Source: Bacteroidota bacterium
GTDB taxonomy: Bacteria > Bacteroidota > Bacteroidia > Bacteroidales > Prolixibacteraceae
Reading direction: 5' to 3'
NCBI GenBank assembly: GCA_023251435.1
Contig: JAHEYU010000022.1
Coordinates: 5,194-69,193 of the forward strand
Length of the DNA stretch: 64,000 nt
Part shown: one piece after another, positions 54,639-63,500 of the stretch
Position numbering within the stretch: position 1 is the first letter of the stretch
Layout: each line of letters opens with the position of its first letter
Program-made: the position numbers and the translations under genes
Notes under the pieces: model-generated
What the model saw: only the letters and a program-made list of their open reading frames with translations
Databases searched by the model: none
What the model was told of the DNA's origin: nothing

Positions 54639-57600
54639 ATGAAAAAGTGTATCCTATTATTCATCGGTGCAATCCTTTTCGCAATTGGACTAAATGCTCA
54701 AACCACCATTCCCGGAGGTTATTTTTCAGTTGACAGGACTTTAACTCTGGCTAACAGTCCTTACATAACTTCAAATCAGGATATTGCTGCAGGAGTAACA
54801 GTTACAATCGAGAATGGAGTAGAAATCAGATTTAATCAGGGTTGTTATTTCCAGGTTTTCGGCACCTTAAATGCCACAGGAACTAAATTTACTGCGAACA
54901 ACAGCACTGCAAAAGGTTTTTGGGACGGCATTTATGTGTCTTATGAATGGTATGCCGCAGTTGGTATTGTAACGCTTGATAATTGTACCCTTGAGTATGC
55001 TAGCAACATTTGGGTGAGGAAAGGGCAGCTTACTTTAAAGAAATCCACCATTAATAATTTTTCAGATATGGGTGTCCGACTCTATGCAACGGGAACTTTG
55101 GACATCACTGAAACAACAATAAAAAATTGCAATTACCCCCTCCATTTAAATGGACCTGGGATAATAAAGGCAGGAAGCGGAAATATCTTAACCGGAAATA
55201 CATACAATACTGTTTATCTCCAATTTCAGGAAATTTCCGGTACTTTTTATATGCCCGATTTAGGCATTCCTTACCGATGCGATTATATGAATGTTACCAA
55301 TACAGGCAATCTGCTGATTTCGCCTGGAGCTAAGCTCTGGTTCGTTAATTGCGAATTTACGGTTCAGGGAAAAATTAAAGCTCTTGGAACCAGCGAAAAA
55401 CCAATCGTTTTTGATATGCATCCGGGAGTCTCTTACTACCTTGGAATAAACATAACAGACAGTGCAATTGATTCTGCAAGTATTTTCAAAAACTGTATCT
55501 TTAAAAATGCCCAATACGATTACGATGGCTATTCTGCAATGGCAATTGATGCGGCATCACCAAAATTTGAAAACTGCGAATTTTCAGCAAACGGGCGAAA
55601 CCTGATGGTAACCGGAATAAGCCAACCAACTTTTTCTAATTGTATTTTTAAACCTTCGACCATTCTAAACGGTGAGGCTTATAACATCGCTGTAGATATG
55701 AACACAAATATTGATTTTTCTACCGATTCTATCAAGTTTAACAACAAAGAAATCCGTGCAATTAGAATTCTACCATCTTCAGTAACAGGCAATGCACAAC
55801 TAAAAAAAATATCCTTCAAAAATCTTGAAAATCCAACTTATTGCCTTTATGGTACTACCACTGTTGATGAATCTGCCACTTTGGTAATCGATCCCGGGGT
55901 TGTAATTAAGTGCAGGCAATACAATTCATTAATTGTTGCAAACGGTACATTTACCGGCATTGGTACTGAAACAGAACCCATTATTTTCACCCACCTTGCC
56001 GATGATAATTTTGGTAATCCTCTTGACTCTGAAAACAACGGACAAGCTAATATAAGCAACAGTAATTCAGGTAGGATTGCCATTTATGGTACTGCAACAT
56101 CAAAAATTAAAAACTGGAAGATCTATTATGGCGGCTACGATTCGAATAACTGGGCTGTTTATGTTTCAAAGGGGAATATCGTAGAAAATTGCGAAATAAA
56201 AAATTCATACCGTGGTATCTATTTCTATGATAATGCTCAGGTTCTGAATAACACATTCGTTAATATTAATTATTACCCCGTTGGGAGAAAAGTTAATCAG
56301 GGGAATCCGGTTTTATTGGGTAATACAATCTCAAACGTTGGATATATAGGGATCCTAATTGGCGAATTTGGTACTGATTCTCCGACTCTTAAACAAATGG
56401 ATTTTGTTGGGGTCACCAACGTAGCCTATATTATTGAATCGCAGCTATCTATCGCAGAAGGAAATGTAGTTACCATTGATCCGGGAGTAGTGATTAAATT
56501 TAATCAAAGGTACTACGGATATCTTTCTGTTAGTGGTGCACTGAAAGCAAACGGAGAAGCAAACAATAAAATCATTTTCACCTCTATAAACGATGACTCG
56601 GCAGCAGGCGATACCAATAACAATGGAACTGCCTCGGTAGCCAACAACTATGATTGGCAAGGTTTGGATTTCGCCGGAACTGCAAGTGATACTGAAAATA
56701 TCCTTAAAAACTGCGAAATCAGGTACTGTGGTTATCCCGCTTATTGGGATGGAGCAATACGAATTACTGATTGCCGGGTAGTGATTGATTTAACCAAAGT
56801 GAATTTTAGCTATAGTGGCGCATTGTGCATATTTGGTAATGCAAATCCGGAGATAACCAACAACTTATTTTATAATCTGGGCAATGCACCTATCTATATG
56901 GATATGTTTTCGAATCCCACGTTCTCTGGAAACTTGTTATCCAATGTACCACGGAGAGGCTTACGAATTCGAGGTGGGGCCATTAATGGAACTATCCCGG
57001 TGAGAAACTTTGCCGGTTTTAATAACATTACTTATATAATAGAAGAAACCATGACTGTTACCAACCAGTTAACCATCCCGGCTGGATTAACATTTAAGAC
57101 CGGAAACGGAAATGGAAGATGGAACATACAGGGAAAACTTGATATACAAGGAACTACTGAAAAGCCTGTTATATTTACCACTCAGGAAGATGATTTGTAT
57201 GGCAGTCCGAATGATTTACAAAATAATGGGCAACTCGGATTGAATAATTACGGAAGCTACTTTGTTTTCTACGACCAGGCGGATGATGCCAGCACAATCG
57301 ATTATGCGTTATTCCGGTATTCCTCATCAAATTCAATACAAACGACCAATGCGTCACCCAAAATACTAAACACAACATTCCAAAACTTACCATATCCTGG
57401 GATTGCCCTGGCAGGATCAAGTACTCCATCCATAAACGGTTGTACTTTCAACAACGCAGTATTCCCGTTCACTACCTCATTGGTAACCTATCCGGCAGAA
57501 ACTACCGGCAACACCATTTCGGGCACAACAGGAAGGGCCATCAGGGTTTCCGATGAAACGCTGACGCGGGATGTAACGCTGATTAAACGCGATTTTGCAG

Positions 57601-59150
57601 GAATAACAAACATTCCATACATCTTCCAGAATTATACCGTTGGTAATGGAGCTATACTTACCATCAACCCGGGAATAGTATGTAAGTTTATGCAAAACGG
57701 ATATCTTTATATCTATAACGGGTTACTGGCTAAAGGTGGCAGTACAACTGGCAGTACGATTGTATTCACCGCCGATCGCGATGATTTTTATGGCGGTGAT
57801 ACTTATGCAAACGGTGATGCAAATCTTCCAACCAAAAATTGGTGGCGCGGCATCTATTTTTTTAATGAATCGATTGATGAAAACTGCTTCCTCGAAAACT
57901 GCATTTTGAAAAATGCCTCATATAGTTCCAGCAATGGAGCTGTAACTTTAGACAATGCCTCGCCAACAATTAAGAATTGCCTTTTTGAAAGTAATTATTA
58001 TGGTATTATTTCAAACAATACTTCATTGCCTATAATAACCGATTGCGATTTTGTAGGAACAGATCCATCCTCCGGTTATGGTATTTGGAACAAGACTGCA
58101 ACCAATACTGTGACTGCCGAAGGCTGCTGGTGGAACAGCAATACAGGGCCAAGGCATGCCTCTAATCCGTTAGGAACAGGTGAGCGGGTATCCGATTATG
58201 TAGATTTTACTCCTTGGGCAACTCAATTGGCTAAGCCTGTTTTAGGTGATGTTAGCATGAACGGAGAAGTAAAACCATTTGATGCATCATTGGTATTACA
58301 ACATGCAGCAACTGTTATCACTTTAACTGATAAGCAGAAAGGTGTTGCCGATGTTAGCGGGAATAGTATGATTACTTCTTATGATGCATCGCTGATACTT
58401 CAATACACCGTTGGGTTAATTAGCAGATTTGATCCAGAACCCCTTGGAATAAAATCGGCCATCATTAGTGATTATGCTTCAATCTCATTCCCCGATAACG
58501 TAAGCGAACCAGTTAAGAAAACATTCGAAATACCTATAACTATCACAACATCCAAAGGCATCAAAGCCCTGGATATGAAATACTCAATCAACCAAAACCA
58601 TGTTAAGTTTTTAAGAATCAACAAAGCAAAACTTCCGGCAGGAATTGCTGTTGAAGCAGGATTTAATCTTAAAAACAGCGAAATCACCATTTCAATGGCA
58701 TCTGCTTACGATTTGGAATTGATCGACAAACAATTAATTCTTGAATTCGAATTTAGGGATTCAGGCATAACCGAATCGCAGTTTAACCTGAACACCGCAA
58801 TGGCCAACGATCACATTCTGAATGAGAATCTGGGTTATGCTACAATCAGCAGTAAATCGTCGATTACATGGTCCGATAACCAATCGAAACTGAATGAACC
58901 AATTGTATTTGCAGATCAGTTTGCAATACATGCAAAATTTGAATTAGCCAAAGCTAATCAGGATTTGTTTGTACAGGTAACTGATATGACTGGCAGAATA
59001 CTCTACAAACGGACTGTAAATAACCTTAGCGCAGGACTTCAGTATATCGATTTACGATATACTGACTTTGACCGGCCAGGCAAGGGCGTCTATATCCTGA
59101 ATCTACGGGCTGAAGAATTCAGCTATTCAAAAAAACTTCTGATAAAGTAA
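54639..59150 (+). CDS. Giant (1503 aa) T9SS surface protein: repeated parallel-beta-helix-type modules + dockerin-like + cohesin-like modules
   Basis: Signal peptide MKKCILLFIGAILFAIGLNAQ. At least four recurrences of the block (I/V).PG(V/I)V(I/C)KF ... G.(L/F)...G....P(I/V)(I/V)FT...DD..G...(N/D)..NG. Dockerin-like and cohesin-like segments are listed separately. Tail GVYILNLRAEEFSYSKKLLIK. Confidence 0.85.
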   Translation: MKKCILLFIGAILFAIGLNAQTTIPGGYFSVDRTLTLANSPYITSNQDIAAGVTVTIENGVEIRFNQGCYFQVFGTLNATGTKFTANNSTAKGFWDGIYVSYEWYAAVGIVTLDNCTLEYASNIWVRKGQLTLKKSTINNFSDMGVRLYATGTLDITETTIKNCNYPLHLNGPGIIKAGSGNILTGNTYNTVYLQFQEISGTFYMPDLGIPYRCDYMNVTNTGNLLISPGAKLWFVNCEFTVQGKIKALGTSEKPIVFDMHPGVSYYLGINITDSAIDSASIFKNCIFKNAQYDYDGYSAMAIDAASPKFENCEFSANGRNLMVTGISQPTFSNCIFKPSTILNGEAYNIAVDMNTNIDFSTDSIKFNNKEIRAIRILPSSVTGNAQLKKISFKNLENPTYCLYGTTTVDESATLVIDPGVVIKCRQYNSLIVANGTFTGIGTETEPIIFTHLADDNFGNPLDSENNGQANISNSNSGRIAIYGTATSKIKNWKIYYGGYDSNNWAVYVSKGNIVENCEIKNSYRGIYFYDNAQVLNNTFVNINYYPVGRKVNQGNPVLLGNTISNVGYIGILIGEFGTDSPTLKQMDFVGVTNVAYIIESQLSIAEGNVVTIDPGVVIKFNQRYYGYLSVSGALKANGEANNKIIFTSINDDSAAGDTNNNGTASVANNYDWQGLDFAGTASDTENILKNCEIRYCGYPAYWDGAIRITDCRVVIDLTKVNFSYSGALCIFGNANPEITNNLFYNLGNAPIYMDMFSNPTFSGNLLSNVPRRGLRIRGGAINGTIPVRNFAGFNNITYIIEETMTVTNQLTIPAGLTFKTGNGNGRWNIQGKLDIQGTTEKPVIFTTQEDDLYGSPNDLQNNGQLGLNNYGSYFVFYDQADDASTIDYALFRYSSSNSIQTTNASPKILNTTFQNLPYPGIALAGSSTPSINGCTFNNAVFPFTTSLVTYPAETTGNTISGTTGRAIRVSDETLTRDVTLIKRDFAGITNIPYIFQNYTVGNGAILTINPGIVCKFMQNGYLYIYNGLLAKGGSTTGSTIVFTADRDDFYGGDTYANGDANLPTKNWWRGIYFFNESIDENCFLENCILKNASYSSSNGAVTLDNASPTIKNCLFESNYYGIISNNTSLPIITDCDFVGTDPSSGYGIWNKTATNTVTAEGCWWNSNTGPRHASNPLGTGERVSDYVDFTPWATQLAKPVLGDVSMNGEVKPFDASLVLQHAATVITLTDKQKGVADVSGNSMITSYDASLILQYTVGLISRFDPEPLGIKSAIISDYASISFPDNVSEPVKKTFEIPITITTSKGIKALDMKYSINQNHVKFLRINKAKLPAGIAVEAGFNLKNSEITISMASAYDLELIDKQLILEFEFRDSGITESQFNLNTAMANDHILNENLGYATISSKSSITWSDNQSKLNEPIVFADQFAIHAKFELAKANQDLFVQVTDMTGRILYKRTVNNLSAGLQYIDLRYTDFDRPGKGVYILNLRAEEFSYSKKLLIK
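58245..58422 (+). other. Dockerin-like duplicated Ca-binding segment
   Basis: GDVSMNGEVKPFDASLVLQHAA ... ADVSGNSMITSYDASLILQYTVG. These are two ~22-residue repeats, each with a D.S.N(G/S).....D loop followed by an (A/S)L(V/I)LQ helix, as in type I dockerins. Confidence 0.55.
58473..58850 (+). other. Cohesin-like module (in the 1503-aa protein)
   Basis: ISFPDNVSEPVKKTFEIPITITTSKGIKALDMKYSINQNHVKFLRINKAKLP...EITISMASAYDLELIDKQLILEFEF follows the cohesin pattern (F.IPV........I...D....Yd...l.f..i......... i.i..a......... l..l.F). Coordinates are approximate. Confidence 0.45.
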
Positions 59151-59313
59151 GCAAATCGGAGAAAAGCGCCTGCCTTATGGCAGTGTGGTTTTCAACCGGC
59201 AGCAAGCATTTTAGATGAAATCGCATTTTTGCCATTACGATCAGATTAACCGATCGACAGGCACAAATGCTTTACTGGAAACAGTACCAGACACTAAAAT
59301 AAAATTTATACAG

Positions 59314-62300
59314 ATGAACAGATTTATAAGATATATTTTTGCCTCTTGCCTTTGGATATGTTGCTTCACATTGCTTTCAGCAAGCACAGCGACAGCCCAA
59401 ACAACCATTGGTTTCAGTATCGACGGGGCAACAGTTCTAGAAAAAAACACCTTCACCATAGCGGTGAAAGCCAACACTCTGCTAACCGGAAACGATATTT
59501 ATTCTTTCCGCTTTGGGTTGTCCTACAACGCCAACTACCTCGAATTTCTGAACATTGAATCAGTTGGACCAGTGCTGGAAAACTGGGGAATGCCAACATA
59601 CAGCAACAGGACCCCCGGTCAAATCATCATAGCCGGAGCAGGTTCTTCGCAGCTTACCGGAGATGGAGTTATGTTTTACCTGAAATTCAAAGCTTTGCGA
59701 GGTGGTGGAACATACGTTGATAACATTTCAGGCCTAAGTTATCTGAATGAAGGGTTACCAGCGATGACACTTACCAGGTGCTATATCAATGCAACCTATC
59801 GCTCCTATCCCAATATCTCACCTGACTCAAGAACATTGTTTGTTGGAGAAGAGGTACAGATGACTGTATCCGGAGGAGCTGCTCCATACGTTTACAGTAC
59901 AGTCGATACGGAAGTTGCAGTAATCAATAACTTAACCAAAGTCAAAGGCAAAGCTCCGGGGATAACCCAGGTTTTTGTTACAGACAACGATGGTGAAACA
60001 AATTACACAACTGGCAATTTTGACGTAAGGGCAATTAAAATGAGTGTGATACGCAGTAGCGCGTGGCCTCAGGAAACTTTTAATTTGCCAATAAAAATAG
60101 AAATTGCACCAGGGACAACGGTTTACTCGGGATATTTTGAACTCACGCACAATACAAACGTTCAGGGAATAAAAGAAAGTGTCCAAACCGGAGATTTTGA
60201 GATTTCGATTCAAAGAAATGCTGTTACAAATCTAACACGGGTTTCATTTTCTTCAGTCAACGGAATAACCGGAACCGGAATTCTTTGCAACCTGGGATTC
60301 AAGGCCATAAACAGTGGGAATCATTATTTCGATTTTCAAAACATGAAATTCGACGAGAAACTTTTAGCATTTGATTACCGTGAATATGTGCAGGTCTACA
60401 CCTTACCTACCCTAACAATTACGCCAAACAGCGGCACACTGATGTGGGGGGCAACACAAAAAATTACAGTTGCCAATGGAACTCCACCAATTAGTTATTC
60501 AGTGTCAAATCCTTCACTTGCATCCATCGACGAATTGGGCAATCTGAGTGCTTTATCCGGAGGGTTTGTAAAAGTTACTGCAACGGATACTCATGGGGCA
60601 ACAAAAACGAGTGGCGATTTTAAAATACTTGATAATCAATTTTCAATTATCAATACCGATGGAAATCTCGATTATGTAACCCGCGTTCCAATTTCAACAT
60701 CGCCATTACCAGCGGGGAAATTAATTTATGATTTCGACGGTACAATTACTTTTGTGGAAAATGACCTTGAGTTTATCGGAATTGACCCGGTAGGATCGAG
60801 TATGTTGACAGAATTTGTCAGGACAGGAAATTCGGTTCATATTGTCGGAGCAACAAGTACCGGAATTCCATCAGGAATAATCTGTTATTTAAAATTCAAA
60901 ATAAAGAATACATTACCTATTGATGGTCAGTCAACAATCACCATAAATTCACTCACTGCCAATGAAGCTTCACTGTTCTCGACCACTGCCAATGGAAAAA
61001 TCACACGCGTTTTTCAATTGAGTTACCGGCCTGTTGCTAATGCAGGAATCAATAAAACTGTATCCGAGGGTGTCAGCGTTCAACTTGATGGCTCAGCTTC
61101 TTATGACAATGATGGCAATGCGCTTACCTATTTATGGACTGTACCACCGGGAATAACGTTAGATGATAAAACGCTGCAAAAACCCACCTTTATTGCTCCT
61201 GAAGTGAATGTAAATACCATTTACCCCTTCTCGCTGATTGTAAACGATGGAACTTCTGATTCCGATCCTTCCAGTGTGACCATCAACGTTCTTCAAATTA
61301 ATAAAGCGCCGGTAGCCAATGCCGGCCCTGAGAAAAGTTACAATGAAGGAATTTTCATATCGCTTGATGGCAGCCTGTCATCCGATCCTGATGGAGATGT
61401 GATCTCCTACAAATGGACTTCGCTGGATGGAATTATTCTTTTTGATCCGCTTAGTGTTTCACCATCGTTTATTGCGCCACAAGTGAATGCCGACAAAAAT
61501 TATCGTTTTAAGCTCGAAGTAGCTGATGGGGTGCTTACTTCACCTTCAGATGAAGTTACCATTACGATTACAAATCTGAACAAAAAACCCGTTGCCCGTG
61601 CCGGAGACGATCAAAATGTAAATGAAGGCGCTTTGGTTCAACTTGATGGATCGTTATCAGCTGATGTTGACGGAGAAGCCATAACCTTTAAATGGACTGC
61701 ACCGGCAAATGTAGTTTTATCCTCACCAACTGCAAGTAAACCAACATTTACGGCGCCAATGGTCCATCTCGACTCAACAGTGGTTATTTCGCTGGTGGTG
61801 AATGACGGACATGTAGATTCGGATCCAGACAATGTTTTGATTAAGATTAAAAACCTGAATATACTGAGCACCGAAGCACAAATACTGAACGGACAACTTA
61901 CAGGAGCTGATTCAGTAAAAGTTGATCAGGCTTTGCTTCAGGTAAATTTATATCTGCCATACGGAACGAATCCAACTGCACTGGCTCCAACTTTCCAGAT
62001 TTCACCGAAAGCAAATATTGTCCCGGCTGGCGGATCTGTCAGAAATTTTACCTCACCGGTTAACTATACGGTAACTGCCGAAGATGGAACAACTAAAAAA
62101 GTATATTCTGTCAGAGCCTTTATACCCACAGTTACCCTGAAAAGAGCACTCGCTGCAGGATGGAACTGGATTTCGTTAAGTGTTGTTCCTCCAGATATTA
62201 AAATAACACCGGTTTTAGAAAGCCTTTCGCTTGCAAACCTTGACTATATAAAATCGGCAACAACTTCGGCAGTGTATTACACACCTTCAGGTTGGTTCGG

Positions 62301-63300
62301 CGATTTGGTCAATATTCCGCAATACGAAATGCTGATGTTCAAAAAAACAACCGCTCAATCATTTACTTTATCAGGAAAAGAGATTAATCCAACCTTGACA
62401 ACCATACCAGTTTCAACGGGCTGGAACCGTATCGGGTATATTCTGAAAGGCAATGCAAAACTGAGCGAAGCATTTGAAACAACCAGTCTTCCAACCGGAG
62501 AAATACTGCTGAAGAGCAAAGAAGCTTCAGCCGTTTATTACCCTGCGTCAGGATGGGCGGGCGACCTCGATTCACTGAGAATCCTGACTGGATACATGAT
62601 GAAAACAGTTTCGAATGCCAACCTGAAATACTTGGCCAATAGCGCCAAATTGAAATCGGCACAGCAATCCCTTTTCACCCGGAGTAATTTGTATCGTGAA
62701 TATCAGATCAATCCGCCAGCATTCGAAAATTCGGCTAACCTGATTGGTGAACTGGTAAATTCGAACAACGAAAATATGATCCGGAAAGGAGACCTGCTCC
62801 TCGCCTATTCGCAAAACGAACCAAGAGGTGTTACCGAAGCTTGTTTTGTTCCGGCACTTAACCGTTATGTTTTTATTCTGACCATGTTCTCTAATGCGAA
62901 CCACGAAAAACTTAACTTCAGGATAAAATCGCTGGCAAACAATTCGGAGGAAGAAATAGCTGACCAACTGGTTTTCAATACCGACGAAGTTTACGGACAG
63001 GCTTTGAATCCATTCCAGCTTCATCTGACCAATCCCACAGGAATAAAGGAAACAGTTACTGATCCAACCGTATTGGTGTATCCAAATCCGGTGACCGACG
63101 AACTTCAAATCATATCGGAAGCTAAAATACAATCAGTCACCCTTTCCGGATTGTCAGGCAATTGCATTCAAATTCTCTCCAATATTTCAGAATATACCTT
63201 GCTGATGAATACCAGAAACCTGGTGAAGGGAATGTATATGCTGAAAATTGAAACATCGAAAGGCATCGCAATCAGGAAACTGATTAAATCAACCAACTGA
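59314..63300 (+). CDS. Giant (~1328 aa) T9SS surface protein: 3 cohesin-like modules interleaved with Big_2-like modules, 3 PKD-like repeats, cadherin-like and C-terminal modules
   Basis: Start moved to the ATG at 59314 (MNRFIRYIFASCLWICCFTLLSASTATAQ). Big_2-like: LFVGEEVQMTVSGGAAPYVYSTVDTEVAVI...GITQVFVTDNDG and ATQKITVANGTPPISYSVSNPSLASIDELGNLSALSGGFVKVTATD. Tail VYPNPVTDELQI...GMYMLKIETS. Confidence 0.85.
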   Translation: MNRFIRYIFASCLWICCFTLLSASTATAQTTIGFSIDGATVLEKNTFTIAVKANTLLTGNDIYSFRFGLSYNANYLEFLNIESVGPVLENWGMPTYSNRTPGQIIIAGAGSSQLTGDGVMFYLKFKALRGGGTYVDNISGLSYLNEGLPAMTLTRCYINATYRSYPNISPDSRTLFVGEEVQMTVSGGAAPYVYSTVDTEVAVINNLTKVKGKAPGITQVFVTDNDGETNYTTGNFDVRAIKMSVIRSSAWPQETFNLPIKIEIAPGTTVYSGYFELTHNTNVQGIKESVQTGDFEISIQRNAVTNLTRVSFSSVNGITGTGILCNLGFKAINSGNHYFDFQNMKFDEKLLAFDYREYVQVYTLPTLTITPNSGTLMWGATQKITVANGTPPISYSVSNPSLASIDELGNLSALSGGFVKVTATDTHGATKTSGDFKILDNQFSIINTDGNLDYVTRVPISTSPLPAGKLIYDFDGTITFVENDLEFIGIDPVGSSMLTEFVRTGNSVHIVGATSTGIPSGIICYLKFKIKNTLPIDGQSTITINSLTANEASLFSTTANGKITRVFQLSYRPVANAGINKTVSEGVSVQLDGSASYDNDGNALTYLWTVPPGITLDDKTLQKPTFIAPEVNVNTIYPFSLIVNDGTSDSDPSSVTINVLQINKAPVANAGPEKSYNEGIFISLDGSLSSDPDGDVISYKWTSLDGIILFDPLSVSPSFIAPQVNADKNYRFKLEVADGVLTSPSDEVTITITNLNKKPVARAGDDQNVNEGALVQLDGSLSADVDGEAITFKWTAPANVVLSSPTASKPTFTAPMVHLDSTVVISLVVNDGHVDSDPDNVLIKIKNLNILSTEAQILNGQLTGADSVKVDQALLQVNLYLPYGTNPTALAPTFQISPKANIVPAGGSVRNFTSPVNYTVTAEDGTTKKVYSVRAFIPTVTLKRALAAGWNWISLSVVPPDIKITPVLESLSLANLDYIKSATTSAVYYTPSGWFGDLVNIPQYEMLMFKKTTAQSFTLSGKEINPTLTTIPVSTGWNRIGYILKGNAKLSEAFETTSLPTGEILLKSKEASAVYYPASGWAGDLDSLRILTGYMMKTVSNANLKYLANSAKLKSAQQSLFTRSNLYREYQINPPAFENSANLIGELVNSNNENMIRKGDLLLAYSQNEPRGVTEACFVPALNRYVFILTMFSNANHEKLNFRIKSLANNSEEEIADQLVFNTDEVYGQALNPFQLHLTNPTGIKETVTDPTVLVYPNPVTDELQIISEAKIQSVTLSGLSGNCIQILSNISEYTLLMNTRNLVKGMYMLKIETSKGIAIRKLIKSTN
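59401..59796 (+). other. Cohesin-like module 1
   Basis: TIGFSIDGATVLEKNTFTIAVKANTLLTGNDIYSFRFGLSYNANYLEFLNIESVGPVLENWGMPTYSNRTPGQIIIAGAGSSQLTGDGVMFYLKFKALRGG, 132 aa by my count. Confidence 0.5.
60040..60395 (+). other. Cohesin-like module 2 (approximate bounds)
   Basis: ETFNLPIKIEIAPGTTVYSGYFELTHNTNVQGIKESVQTGDFEISIQRN...VSFSSVNGITGTGILCNLGFKAINSG. Confidence 0.45.
60640..61015 (+). other. Cohesin-like module 3 (approximate bounds)
   Basis: VTRVPISTSPLPAGKLIYDFDGTITFVENDLEFIGIDPVGSSMLTEFVRTGNSVHIVGATSTGIPSGIICYLKFKIKN. Confidence 0.45.
61030..61866 (+). repeat. Three exact-period 279-nt (93-aa) tandem repeats encoding PKD-like modules
   Basis: The Pro codon of PVA(N/R)AG falls at 61030, 61309 and 61588. 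Each unit reads PVANAG....EG..V.LDGS.S.D.DG..(L/I).(Y/F).W..........KP.F.AP.V.......F.L.V.DG...S....V.I. Confidence 0.85.
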
Positions 63301-63500
63301 TAAGGGCTCATAATCAAACACGCAAATACATGGAAAAAGTGAATAAAAATCCATTAAGCTGTTGGAATTGTGATTTACTAATGAGAAAAAACCGACCGAT
63401 TATGAAAAAATCTATCCATAAAAATAGTCAACTGCTTTCCCCTGAAATTCAGGCTGAATTCAGGATAAGTAGATGGAGTTTTGAACGAATCGACACAAAA

